A stretch of 64,000 nt of DNA from contig CBDCFN010000015.1 in NCBI GenBank assembly GCA_965216315.1, positions 320,001 through 384,000 of the forward strand, read 5' to 3'. Made by a program: the position numbers and the translations under genes. The notes beneath the pieces are model-generated. The model saw only the letters and a list, made by a program, of their open reading frames with translations, did no database searches and was not told where the DNA came from. The stretch's first letter is position 1; each line of letters begins with the position of its first letter. Origin of the DNA: a bacterium (GTDB lineage Bacteria > UBA10199 > 2-02-FULL-50-16 > JAJFLM01). Below are positions 12,443 through 21,780 of this stretch, piece by piece.

Positions 12443-13831
12443 ATGAGCGACTTAGCTGCTATGGATACAATTGCTGCCATTGCGACGCCACCGGGGGAAG
12501 GCGGCGTGGGGATCATCCGGATCTCCGGAGCGGAGGCGCCCGCGATCGCCCAGCGAGTCTGGCGGGGCAAGCGGTCCGTCGCAGACTTTGAATCGCATCG
12601 GTTCTACTACGGAGAAATTAGGTCACCTGCTGCCAGCGAGGACAGGTGTCTCGATAATGCGATGATCGTCTGGATGCAGGCCCCTCACTCCTATACCGGC
12701 GAAGACGTTGTCGAGCTCCAGACCCACGGGGGTCCCACCTTACTCCAAGAAATCCTCAAGCAGGTGATCGCGGCGGGGGCGCGCCTGGCGCGGCCCGGCG
12801 AGTTCACGGAACGCGCCTTTGTCAATGGCCGCCTGGACCTGACCCAGGCCGAGGGGGTCGCGGACCTTATCCACGGCCAGTCCGAGCTTGCTCTCCAGCT
12901 CGCTCAAGACCAGCTTAGTGGAAGACTTACGGAGGAGATTGCCCGCATCCGTCGGGAGCTCGTCGTGATGCGGGCACAGCTCGAAGCGATGATCGATTAC
13001 CCTGATGACGAGGATGTCAATGTCTTGCGCCATGAAGAGGTCGCCGAACGCGCGGAAACCGTGGCTTCGCGGCTGGGGACGTGGCTCACGCACTACGATG
13101 AGGGGCGCTGGCGGCGCGAAGGCCTGCGGGTCGTGCTCGTCGGCCGACCGAACGTCGGCAAATCGTCCCTCTTAAATTGCCTTCTGAGCGACGATCGCGC
13201 CATCGTCCATAGCCGGGCCGGGACAACGCGCGATGTTGTTACCGAATCGGTAAAACTGGGCGGTATCCTGGTAAAGTTGAGTGATACCGCCGGTTTACGT
13301 GAAGGGGAAGGAGAGGTTGAGGCCGAGGGTATTCGCCGCAGCTGGCAGGAAGTCGAGCGCGCGGACCTCGTGATCTTTGTCAGGGACCGCAGCCAAGCCA
13401 CGACGGATGAGGATCAGCGCTTGTACCAGGAGATCGCGGGGAAGCCACATTTAATTGTTTTGAATAAGAATGATTTGCCATCGGCAGCGGGAGTCGATGA
13501 GAATACTCAAGCCTGTCATCGGACCCTCGAACTCTCGGCCAAGACCGAAACAGGTCTCCCGGCGCTGAAGCAGGCCATCATTGATTTTGCGCTCCCGCAT
13601 GGTCGCGCGAGCGATCAAATTTTCATTGCCAACCTGCGTCATAAGACCTGTTTGGAGGCCTGCGTCGCGGCCCTCCAGGAAGTAAAACGTAGTGCTGAGG
13701 CCGAAGCCGGCCTGGAACTGCTGGCCGCCGACCTCCTTGTCGCCGCCAACCACCTAGGTGAGATTACGGGAGAGATCACCAATGATGAGATCCTCTCCGA
13801 GATCTTCTCGCGATTCTGTTTGGGGAAGTAA
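12443..13831 (+). CDS. mnmE: tRNA modification GTPase MnmE (TrmE)
   Basis: DTIAAIATPPGEGGVGIIRISG, GRPNVGKSSL, GTTRD, DTAG, NKND, C-terminal FSRFCLGK. Confidence 0.98.
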   Translation: MSDLAAMDTIAAIATPPGEGGVGIIRISGAEAPAIAQRVWRGKRSVADFESHRFYYGEIRSPAASEDRCLDNAMIVWMQAPHSYTGEDVVELQTHGGPTLLQEILKQVIAAGARLARPGEFTERAFVNGRLDLTQAEGVADLIHGQSELALQLAQDQLSGRLTEEIARIRRELVVMRAQLEAMIDYPDDEDVNVLRHEEVAERAETVASRLGTWLTHYDEGRWRREGLRVVLVGRPNVGKSSLLNCLLSDDRAIVHSRAGTTRDVVTESVKLGGILVKLSDTAGLREGEGEVEAEGIRRSWQEVERADLVIFVRDRSQATTDEDQRLYQEIAGKPHLIVLNKNDLPSAAGVDENTQACHRTLELSAKTETGLPALKQAIIDFALPHGRASDQIFIANLRHKTCLEACVAALQEVKRSAEAEAGLELLAADLLVAANHLGEITGEITNDEILSEIFSRFCLGK

Positions 13832-13927
13832 ATTCTTGTGAGCTTGGATCGGATTCACTCCGTCCAAGCGAACCCATCTGGGGGCATGGGGGTATTGGGC
13901 GAAGCACATACCCCCATTTTGGAAACT

Positions 13928-13999
13928 GAGATTACGGGAGAGATTACCAATGATGAAGTGCTTGGTGAGATCTTTTCACGTTTTTGCCTCGGCAAGTGA
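13928..13999 (+). repeat. Recoded direct duplicate of the last 24 codons of mnmE
   Basis: Encodes EITGEITNDEVLGEIFSRFCLGK* versus EITGEITNDEILSEIFSRFCLGK* at 13760-13831, with many synonymous differences. Confidence 0.9.
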
Positions 14000-14024
14000 T
14001 CACGGACTTACACAAAAATAACCG

Positions 14025-14049
14025 CAACTTACGCACTGCGTTGACGATA
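14025..14049 (+). promoter_or_regulatory. Sigma28-like promoter, copy 1 (near-leaderless)
   Basis: CAAC-N15-ACGATA, 7 nt before ATG 14057. Confidence 0.65.
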
Positions 14050-14056
14050 GAGCGGT

Positions 14057-15064
14057 ATGTTTATCGCGGTGTCGGGTCACACCTTCGTGGGGATGGCGTC
14101 CGCCCTGAGTCCGCTTGTCTTGGCGAGTGGGTTGCAAGCAGAGGGTCTCCCCAATCAATTGAATCAAGCGTCGGGTTTTGCCCGTAAGACGCGGCCGGAT
14201 GTTACCTTACATCAACTTGCTGCGCCCACCGAAATGTTGATTCCGGAACCGGTCGCGTCTGAGGCGGGACCGGACGGGAGAATCGAAGTGCTCGCGGCCG
14301 GGTTGAGTCTGTGCTGCAGCGGTTGTGAGACCGGGATGACCCTCGTGCTCCCTGTGTTGACGGGGGCCGTCTTGTTTGGATTGGCGACGCTCGTGATCAA
14401 ATGGCGGTCGCGGGTTCGCCAAGAGCGCGAGGCGATGACCTTTCGTATCGCCCGGGCCCCGAGTCAGATGCGCAAGTTGGATGACTACTCCGACAAGTAC
14501 CGCAAACAGGTGACGGACGCGATTCTGCGCGCGGAGCGAAAAGATCTTGTCGCATGGCCGGTCGTGATGGAGCAGATCCGCGATGGCAACTATGGCAATG
14601 CGATCGAGACGCTGGCGACCCGACTGAAGCCTCAACTTAAAGCCGCGGAGCGCGAACGCTTGCTCCCCTTTGGACTCGCATTGGCGGCGGCTTATAAAGG
14701 CGGCAAAGAAGGGGCGTCGTTACCGTTCGGCACCTTTAATTTACTGAAGGATTTTTTTAATGAGCGTGAGGGGGTTGCGGAGGAACAGGCCCGCCAGAAT
14801 GCCATTGATCGCTTCTGGCTCGACCTGCTCCAATACTTTGTCTTCGGCATTCATATGGAGGGAATCGCCGCTGCGCGCGTCGGTGAAATCAAGACGATGC
14901 GGAGTAAAGGCCGGATCCCCTCGAATGAGAAGATGCATCGGGCCTTCCAGCGCTGGCTGGATGCCCTCGAGCCGGAACCCGATCCCAAGGTGCGCTTGCG
15001 GGACCTGCCCCTCTATCGCGACTTTGCCCAGGCGCTTAAGCGCCATTTGAACGGGCGCGCTTAA
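14057..15064 (+). CDS. Hypothetical protein with LAS-type leader and one TM helix
   Basis: 335-aa ORF, MFIAVSGHTFVGMASALSPLVLASG leader, hydrophobic LVLPVLTGAVLFGLATLVI followed by basic residues. Confidence 0.7.
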   Translation: MFIAVSGHTFVGMASALSPLVLASGLQAEGLPNQLNQASGFARKTRPDVTLHQLAAPTEMLIPEPVASEAGPDGRIEVLAAGLSLCCSGCETGMTLVLPVLTGAVLFGLATLVIKWRSRVRQEREAMTFRIARAPSQMRKLDDYSDKYRKQVTDAILRAERKDLVAWPVVMEQIRDGNYGNAIETLATRLKPQLKAAERERLLPFGLALAAAYKGGKEGASLPFGTFNLLKDFFNEREGVAEEQARQNAIDRFWLDLLQYFVFGIHMEGIAAARVGEIKTMRSKGRIPSNEKMHRAFQRWLDALEPEPDPKVRLRDLPLYRDFAQALKRHLNGRA

Positions 15065-16067
15065 GCATAAAGGCGACATTCTCATGGCAGTTGATCGGAT
15101 CGATCTTGATCTCCGGATGCCGGGTGGCAAAGACGCGGAAGATCTCATCGGCAAAGCCCTGGCCGATCGTCGTGACCCCTTGAAAGTCGAGGGTGATTTC
15201 CTTGAATTCATCCAGGGCATGGACCAGCCGCTTGGCCTGGGCGCGGGAGACGTATTCTTCCCCTTCCTGAAAGAGTTTAACCGTGACCTGACTTTTTTCG
15301 AACTGGTAGTCTTCATTGGTGTACGTGCGGAAGATCTCCGTCAGTTGCCGCGTGGCGCGGGTACTCAGTTCAAAAATGACGCGCGTCCCCTGGCGAGCCC
15401 GGATGTCCGTAATAAAAAAATCACCGATGCGATTGTCCTTGATCAGCCCTTTGTGATGGCTCTCGATCGTCAGCCGGTCGGCGACCTTGGAGGTGAAGAA
15501 GATGCCCTCGCCGGAATGTCGTTCCGGTGCCGTCGTCTGCTTGCCCTTGAGCAGGTCCTGCAGGCCTTCCATTTCACTTGCCAGCCCTTTCTTGGCGCGG
15601 ATGTTTTCGAAAATGCCGACCCCCTGGTCGGTGACGTTGAACTGAATCGTCTCGGGGAGCTTGCGGACCGCGACGTCGATGAAGGGCGATTCCGCATGAT
15701 CGATCGCGTTGTTGACCATCTCCGTGAAGGCGTAGTGGAAGAGCGAGCGCGCGTTGTCCGAGAGTTCCCGGAGTAGGTCGGTCTGGGTCTCAAGTTCGCG
15801 ATACACGCGGTCCTCTTGGAGCCCACCCGCACGGTAGCGCTTATGCCATTGCGTCTGCGTGGCGGCAATTTCCCGGATTAGCTGGGGGTCATTGCGCAGA
15901 TAATAGGTCGTCCGCTTACTGGTTCCGAACTGGCGGATGCGCCCTTCCCGTAATAACGCCTGCAAATGCCGGTGGACGGCCTGGCGGCTGATGCCGAGTT
16001 GTTGAACGAGGCCGGAAGTAGTCAGTTTTTTACCTCTTTGAAATTCTTTAAGAATTTTCTCTTTCAT
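15036..16067 (-). CDS. Winged-HTH + HATPase_c + STAS-like (DUF4325) protein
   Basis: LGISRQAVHRHL HTH; FTEMVNNAIDHA, D-x-G-x-GI and GEGIFF GHKL boxes; SRAQAKRL...LDFQGVTTIGQGFADEIFRVF STAS-like end. Confidence 0.85.
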   Translation of the reverse strand: MKEKILKEFQRGKKLTTSGLVQQLGISRQAVHRHLQALLREGRIRQFGTSKRTTYYLRNDPQLIREIAATQTQWHKRYRAGGLQEDRVYRELETQTDLLRELSDNARSLFHYAFTEMVNNAIDHAESPFIDVAVRKLPETIQFNVTDQGVGIFENIRAKKGLASEMEGLQDLLKGKQTTAPERHSGEGIFFTSKVADRLTIESHHKGLIKDNRIGDFFITDIRARQGTRVIFELSTRATRQLTEIFRTYTNEDYQFEKSQVTVKLFQEGEEYVSRAQAKRLVHALDEFKEITLDFQGVTTIGQGFADEIFRVFATRHPEIKIDPINCHENVAFMLKRARSNGA

Positions 16068-16138
16068 GTCAACTTTATGTCAACATATCTAATATGTTAT
16101 GTCAACTTAATGTCAATTTATGATAATTTTATGTCAAC
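16066..16138. promoter_or_regulatory. Five helically phased ATGTCAA(C/T) direct repeats, probable operator
   Basis: Starts at 16066, 16077, 16099, 16110, 16131 (spacings 11, 22, 11, 21). Confidence 0.65.
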
Positions 16139-16161
16139 CTCCACTCGTCAAGCTTCGCAAG

Positions 16162-16186
16162 CAACCTTTGGCTGCCCTAACCGATA
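16162..16186 (+). promoter_or_regulatory. Sigma28-like promoter, copy 2, upstream of the 16243-25490 operon
   Basis: CAAC-N15-CCGATA. Confidence 0.7.
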
Positions 16187-16205
16187 GAGTCCCCTGAAAT
16201 CACAA

Positions 16206-16237
16206 CTCTTTCACTGTCGTGGGGACAGGAGGAGGAG
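16206..16237 (+). promoter_or_regulatory. 5'-UTR hairpin motif plus SD, copy 1
   Basis: CTCTTTCA-CTGTC-GTGGG-GACAG-GAGGAGG. Confidence 0.7.
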
Positions 16238-16242
16238 ACCCC

Positions 16243-16701
16243 ATGGGAGATTTTTTCAGTAATCTTGCAGACGTCGTCCACATCGGCGGCGGTTATCGCT
16301 TACAACTCGATGATCCGATTGAGCCGCATCGCGCGACGGCCAACGTCCATGTCGGCGGGACCAGTAATTGGCGGGGGCCGGGCCTGACCTTCGGCCTCGA
16401 TGGCGGCATCGATAGCGCGGGCGAAGGGCGCGTCGGCGCTCGCGTTGGTTTTGGCGGTCCACTTCATCTCATCCTGTGGGGTGATATCGCCGCGCAGGCG
16501 GGGGCCCACCTGCAGGATACTCAGACCGGTTTTGAAGCCGGCGCCTATACCGGCGTCGTCGGTCGCTTGCTCGCTTTGACGCCAGTCGGGCTGATCGGTC
16601 TGCAGGGTGAGGTCAATGCCGGCAACCTCGGCAACGGGGATGCCCAATTGGAACTCGGGGTCCAACTGATCTGGGGAACCTCGTTTAGCCTCTGGCTCTA
16701 A
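16243..16701 (+). CDS. Small Gly-rich amphipathic beta-strand (outer-membrane-barrel-like) protein lacking a Sec signal
   Basis: Alternating strands (LTFGLDGG, VGARVGFG, IGLQGEVNAG, LELGVQLIWG), ends FSLWL; SD GGAGGAG before ATG 16243. Confidence 0.55.
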   Translation: MGDFFSNLADVVHIGGGYRLQLDDPIEPHRATANVHVGGTSNWRGPGLTFGLDGGIDSAGEGRVGARVGFGGPLHLILWGDIAAQAGAHLQDTQTGFEAGAYTGVVGRLLALTPVGLIGLQGEVNAGNLGNGDAQLELGVQLIWGTSFSLWL

Positions 16702-16710
16702 ACCGTAGAA

Positions 16711-16742
16711 CTCTTTCACTTGTCATGGGGACAAGAGGAGGA
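16711..16742 (+). promoter_or_regulatory. 5'-UTR hairpin motif plus SD, copy 2
   Basis: CTCTTTCA-CTTGTC-ATGGG-GACAAG-AGGAGG. Confidence 0.75.
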
Positions 16743-16748
16743 GAACTC

Positions 16749-17273
16749 ATGTTCAACACGCTTTCCAATCAATTAATGTCCATGGTTCGCGTCAGCGTCT
16801 TGGGCCTGGCCGGTTTGACGGCTTCGGCATGCTCTTGTAGCGCTGTGGAGAACCCGCCACCGGATGCCGCCCTTAGCGACGGGAATGTGTCAGACTCCGG
16901 TCTCCTGATGGGACCATCGACCAACCTAATCGAGGCCGTGTGCGGCAAGCTCTCCGCCTGCTATCCCGAGATGGATCTGGAGGCCTGTCGAACGGCCCTG
17001 GCGGGCGAGCCCGGCCGCCAGATCTGGGATGAATTCGGCGCGCCGGAGAATCGCTATAATGCCATGGAGCTGAATTCCGCAGTGCGCAGCGGGGACTTGC
17101 TGGTCAGTGATAGTAATCTGGGCGCCTGTGTCGATGCGATCGGTGCGCTTACATGTGCAGATCTAATCGGTGAACCGTGGTCGAGCCGCAATCCGGATGA
17201 TTTTGGCAACGTTGAGAATACGCTCGGTAGTGACGTGGTGCCTGCCTGTGGCGACGTTTTCGCGAGCAGATAA
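16749..17273 (+). CDS. Cys-rich putative lipoprotein
   Basis: Hydrophobic VSVLGLAGLTASAC lipobox-like segment; C-x5-C-x8-C, C-x7-C and PAC pattern. Confidence 0.6.
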   Translation: MFNTLSNQLMSMVRVSVLGLAGLTASACSCSAVENPPPDAALSDGNVSDSGLLMGPSTNLIEAVCGKLSACYPEMDLEACRTALAGEPGRQIWDEFGAPENRYNAMELNSAVRSGDLLVSDSNLGACVDAIGALTCADLIGEPWSSRNPDDFGNVENTLGSDVVPACGDVFASR

Positions 17274-17288
17274 AAACAGTGTTCTACG

Positions 17289-18926
17289 ATGTTTCAGTGC
17301 GCCCTCAATAGCCTGTCGACCACCCTCGCCGCGAGTGCGGTGGGCACGATTGGTACGAGTTACCTCAGTCAGTTTATGAACCCGGTGGACCCGATGATCA
17401 TGCCAACTCCAGGGGATTCTTATTATTGCTCGGTCCAGAGTGGCGACGAGGGTGGCGGTTCCAATCCGGCTCAGCGGTCATCTGTTGCCAGCTCTCTGTG
17501 GCTGCTCCGGCCGCGGAGCGAAATGACTTCCCTGTTGCGCGCGATGGCGGCGCAGCATCAAGTCACCTTTGATGTCTGGCTGGCCCGGATCCTGAAAGCG
17601 GCCGATGGCGAGGAAGTGTGCCGTCTGTTCGATCGTATCGAGCTTCGTGCAAATGCCAGCGACTGGCCGGAACCGGTGCGGACCTACGACCGGCAGGGCC
17701 GGGCGGCCGATACCATCCGCGCCTTCAAACTGGCCGGCGGCGTTCCTCTCTTACGGGACATCCTCGCAGACACCTCACACCCCTACCGGTGGCAGGCGAT
17801 TCGCGCCATTATTAGCCTGCAAGAGGCCGGGCTCCTGACAGCGACACAACAGCATGAGTTCATTCGCCCGCTGGCCGCGATGCTCCGTTCATTCTTGGAG
17901 GATCCCCGCGATAGTACGGATGGTCATGGGCTCTCGTTTGCCCTTCGGGCCCTCGGTCTGCTGGGCGCCCGCGAGGCGATTCCGGATCTCCAAGCGCTTT
18001 TCGACCTGCTCGCCGGAGTCGATGATCACACCAACAGTCTTCCGGCCCTTCTCCTACTCGCTCTCGGCACCTTGCGGGCCGCTTCCGCGCGACCGGCACT
18101 GCTGCGCTTGGCGGGAGCCGCGCAGTCACGACTGTATCGCGAAGCCATTATGGGGCTGGCGCATTTCGATGACGATGAAGCGAGCAGCCGTCTCGTCGGT
18201 CTGTTGGCCCATCCCAACCATGACATCCGCGCGCATGCGGCGCAGGCGCTCGGTAGGGCCGGTGCCCGGGAAGCGATCCTCTTATTGCAGACAGCCCTGC
18301 ACGACCGGCATGATTTAGTCCGGCTCTACGCCGCTCAAGCCTTGGTAAGATTAGGCGTATTTGATGCGGCCGTGGCTGTGTTGTGTCACTTAGCAACGAG
18401 TGAATCCACATATCTTCAGTTTCGCCTCGATGCCCTGGATACATTAGGGGCCTCTGCGGACCCCGAGATTGAGGAAACGCTACAACGGGCCTTCTTGAAT
18501 CCCGGCGAGCAACTCAATGCGCGGGCGCAAGAGTATGTTCGCTACCACGCGGCCTGCGCATTATTGCAACACGGCATTCGGGCGCCGCTCCCGTATTTGT
18601 TGGCTTTTCTTCGCGATCCTCAGCTGGATTCAAGTGCCGAGGTGTCATGGCGTTTCGCCGGTCAGACCGTTAGAAGACGCGTTCCGTTGCTGGTCAGCGA
18701 CGGTTTGCGCGTGACGACCATCCAGCATTTGAGTCGCGCGCACGTCCACGCAGCCGTTTCTTCCCTGAGAGGGTTCTTGAACTATCGCGGCCGCCAGATT
18801 GGTCAGGCCTGGGTGGGAGGGCTGGAAGTCAGAGCCGCGGCCGCCGCGGCGCTCGATCGGCTCGACCCGGGCTGGGACAAGCGCATGATGCGCGAATGGC
18901 GGGATTTCAATGGAGGTGTTCGATGA
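17289..18926 (+). CDS. HEAT-repeat protein with type-A leader
   Basis: Leader MFQCALNSLSTTLAAS...SYLSQFMNPVDP..MP.P....C; PBS-lyase HEAT repeats (IRAHAAQALGRAG, VRLYAAQALVRLG, VRAAAAAALDRL). Confidence 0.8.
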   Translation: MFQCALNSLSTTLAASAVGTIGTSYLSQFMNPVDPMIMPTPGDSYYCSVQSGDEGGGSNPAQRSSVASSLWLLRPRSEMTSLLRAMAAQHQVTFDVWLARILKAADGEEVCRLFDRIELRANASDWPEPVRTYDRQGRAADTIRAFKLAGGVPLLRDILADTSHPYRWQAIRAIISLQEAGLLTATQQHEFIRPLAAMLRSFLEDPRDSTDGHGLSFALRALGLLGAREAIPDLQALFDLLAGVDDHTNSLPALLLLALGTLRAASARPALLRLAGAAQSRLYREAIMGLAHFDDDEASSRLVGLLAHPNHDIRAHAAQALGRAGAREAILLLQTALHDRHDLVRLYAAQALVRLGVFDAAVAVLCHLATSESTYLQFRLDALDTLGASADPEIEETLQRAFLNPGEQLNARAQEYVRYHAACALLQHGIRAPLPYLLAFLRDPQLDSSAEVSWRFAGQTVRRRVPLLVSDGLRVTTIQHLSRAHVHAAVSSLRGFLNYRGRQIGQAWVGGLEVRAAAAAALDRLDPGWDKRMMREWRDFNGGVR

Positions 18927-20620
18927 CGTTTACTTGTGCCCTGAATACTTTGCCGACCACCCTCGCCGCGAGTGCGAGCATCTTGACGTCTCCGCGCGCC
19001 GTCGATTTCTTGGAGGCCTTTCAGGCCGATCCGGTCAATGGCCAATTAATAGTACCGATTCTTGCGGGAGATGCCAGCACAGCCACTCAAGATCGCTTTC
19101 ATGCGGAACCTTTTGCGGTAGAAAATTTCGCCGCCGTTCATGCGACCGTCACGACGTTGATCGCAGCCCTGCAAAAGCTCTGTGCCGGTCAGCAACGCTG
19201 CAGACTCATATTTGATGAGGTGTACCCGGGGGTTGCCCCACATATTTTTTCGATTCCCGCTAGCCCTGGAGCCTGGGAGGCTCGGCTTTACCAGGATCAC
19301 GGCACACACGCTGAGAGCTATTGGCTAGATTTCTTAAGGTCGGGACGCAAAGTAAGCATCACACTTCAGTATTCTGGTCAGCGGTACTTCGACACGGACA
19401 AGATCATGCTGTTCGGCGACATCTCGTCAGCAAGTATTGAGGTTGACGTCAGCTTTGCCCAGCCCGGGATGCGCGCCGCCCAGAACTCCCGGATGCATTA
19501 CTCCGATTCAAAAAGTAGCTCAGCGTATCTTTTACTATTTCAAGGCTCTCATCTTGATAGCTTGCGCCAGTTTTTGGGGATGGATTTATCACAAGCCTTG
19601 CCGGAACTGTCCGCCGAACTGGTCGAACACTTGGACTATGATCAATATGAAGACTCCGATGATGGCAACCGAAGCTTTTTCTACGATCATTATTCAAGCA
19701 TTGTCACACCCGATCAGCGGGTCACGGTCAGCTGGAATACAGACGATGAACTCGAAGAACCTGATGCCTATGGTCGAGTCCAAACGGAAGAACTCGGCGT
19801 GCAAATAGCTGCAGGAAGCGACGCGGCATCCGCTTTGCGTGACACAGAACGCCAGCTATGGGACTGGGTTCATCACCAAAAGGAGCCAAATCAAGAATTT
19901 CTGGAGTTTCAAGCCCAGTGTCAACGTATCAAGACTCTGCTATTCGCCTCCGGCGTTTTTCCACCAGACCATGCCCTGATAAGCGACCTCAGCGCCCCTA
20001 GCCATCCCGTATGGCATCTGGATGCCGAGAACATGGGGCATGTGCTAGGAGATATATTAAGTCGTATTTACCGTTCTCTCGAAGGATTTGAGTCCGCCGC
20101 CGCGGTTGCGCTCTATTGCCAGTTGCTCCAAGACCCAAAGCTGGGGCTGAGTGATGCTGAAAGTATTGAATATGTCATAGAGCACCTCTTGAATAATCCT
20201 CAAGCAGAGAGTCCTCCGCTGTTTGCAAAGGAAGCTGCACGGTTTCGCATTCTGCGTGCCCTCGTACCGCACCTAGTTCGGAACAACGCGACATACGGCC
20301 TTCTAGATATGCTAAGCGATTTGACATACAGCGCCCTGTTGAAAACCACGTGGTTTCAAGACCACAAAGCCGCTCAGCTCAAACCGCTGGAGGCTTACCC
20401 ACTCAATCCAACAAGAAGCGAAGCCTGGCGCCTGCTGATGGCTGAGATGGATCCGGCAGAACTACTCACGGAGGTCTTAGCCATTTGGACGGAGATAAGC
20501 GAAGAGATATTGCTATACCGTACAGTCGATGAAACCGAACGGGCCCGATTGAACGAAAAATATGAAGCCATGAAAACCTGGCTGACCTTGTGCCTGACAG
20601 GCCAGGGAGGTGAGTCATGA
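18923..20620 (+). CDS. Hypothetical protein with type-B leader and shared 'LR.YLG...W.W' domain
   Basis: MTFTCALNTLPTTLAAS...FLEAFQADPVNGQLIVP; LDSLRQFLGMD; QLWDWV; ATGA overlap with upstream gene. Confidence 0.75.
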   Translation: MTFTCALNTLPTTLAASASILTSPRAVDFLEAFQADPVNGQLIVPILAGDASTATQDRFHAEPFAVENFAAVHATVTTLIAALQKLCAGQQRCRLIFDEVYPGVAPHIFSIPASPGAWEARLYQDHGTHAESYWLDFLRSGRKVSITLQYSGQRYFDTDKIMLFGDISSASIEVDVSFAQPGMRAAQNSRMHYSDSKSSSAYLLLFQGSHLDSLRQFLGMDLSQALPELSAELVEHLDYDQYEDSDDGNRSFFYDHYSSIVTPDQRVTVSWNTDDELEEPDAYGRVQTEELGVQIAAGSDAASALRDTERQLWDWVHHQKEPNQEFLEFQAQCQRIKTLLFASGVFPPDHALISDLSAPSHPVWHLDAENMGHVLGDILSRIYRSLEGFESAAAVALYCQLLQDPKLGLSDAESIEYVIEHLLNNPQAESPPLFAKEAARFRILRALVPHLVRNNATYGLLDMLSDLTYSALLKTTWFQDHKAAQLKPLEAYPLNPTRSEAWRLLMAEMDPAELLTEVLAIWTEISEEILLYRTVDETERARLNEKYEAMKTWLTLCLTGQGGES

Positions 20621-21780
20621 TCGGTCTGAGTCACATGCTGGCAACACACCTTGCTCTCAACAGTACCCTGCTTGCGAGTACGACCTTTCTCTCGCATTTC
20701 CACAGCACCTTATTGCGCTATGGCATCGACCGTCCCGATGTCTCGATGAGTACAGCGATCAACCGTATGCCTCAGCCACACCGGCTGCTCGGCCGCATCA
20801 CCAAGCCACGACAAAGCGAGGCTGATGCGATCGCCCTCTTCCGCGATCGGCTGCTCGAGAAATTACCGGCCTATGCGGTACCGTTTGGGGATCGCCCGGA
20901 ATGGAATGCCACCATTATCAACGATCTGGCCCAACTAGTACGAAGCAAAATCGACTTGGCGCATGGGCTTCTTGGCCAGCAGAGATTCTTAGTCAGAAGC
21001 TTCACCCCTCGAGCATGGGACGCCGAGAGCTTAGATGAAATCCAGCCGGGTTTTCTCAAGAGTTTTATGGAATACGGTGTTGGACTCGACTACTATGTTA
21101 CTTATTGTTGTGAAGAATTTCGCGAAGCAGATGCCGGTCCTTTCTTCACAGGTGTTTTCGAAAGCGTCGCCACCGCAGCCAGTCGTTCTCGAGCGATCGG
21201 CATCCATAATGTCCTGAGCATGGTGCGCTCACTGGTTTATTTTGGCTTCGCGGACCTTGTGAGTGATCAAGTGAATCCCATCGCCATCATTGAAAAGGAA
21301 CCGGGCACGGGCCCGGAAAGCATCATTGAACTGGTCCGGATTCTAGGCCAGAGCCCATCACCCGACGCCTGCATCGGAGAACTGATCAAAGACTTTACGG
21401 GATATCACTGGCCGGACCGGCCCGGACCACCTGCCAGCCCTTATCGGCCCCAACATGTTTTGGAGCTCGCGCGGGCCATTTCGGCGGCCAAGATCACCGC
21501 ATTTCGACGCGGTTTTTTCCTGGTTGAGTTGCTGAAAATGACGCATTTTCAAGAATGGTGGAAGTCGTGTCAGCAAGGTGTCTATCCGGATCCGATTATC
21601 GCCAGCGTCGACATATTCATTGAGACAGTCATTGAAGCTTCAGGCCGTCGTCAGGCCGGTCCGGTAGTAGAGGAATTATGTCTCCGCTTCAACTCAACGA
21701 TGGAAAGTCTCGTCCAAGCGCGTTGGCAGCATTTTGAAAATGAAAATCCGTCACCTCCAGAAGAGGGGCCTTACCGATGA
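20617..21780 (+). CDS. Hypothetical protein with LAS-type leader
   Basis: MIGLSHMLATHLALNSTLLASTTFLSHF; SD GGAGG; ATGA overlap. Confidence 0.72.
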   Translation: MIGLSHMLATHLALNSTLLASTTFLSHFHSTLLRYGIDRPDVSMSTAINRMPQPHRLLGRITKPRQSEADAIALFRDRLLEKLPAYAVPFGDRPEWNATIINDLAQLVRSKIDLAHGLLGQQRFLVRSFTPRAWDAESLDEIQPGFLKSFMEYGVGLDYYVTYCCEEFREADAGPFFTGVFESVATAASRSRAIGIHNVLSMVRSLVYFGFADLVSDQVNPIAIIEKEPGTGPESIIELVRILGQSPSPDACIGELIKDFTGYHWPDRPGPPASPYRPQHVLELARAISAAKITAFRRGFFLVELLKMTHFQEWWKSCQQGVYPDPIIASVDIFIETVIEASGRRQAGPVVEELCLRFNSTMESLVQARWQHFENENPSPPEEGPYR

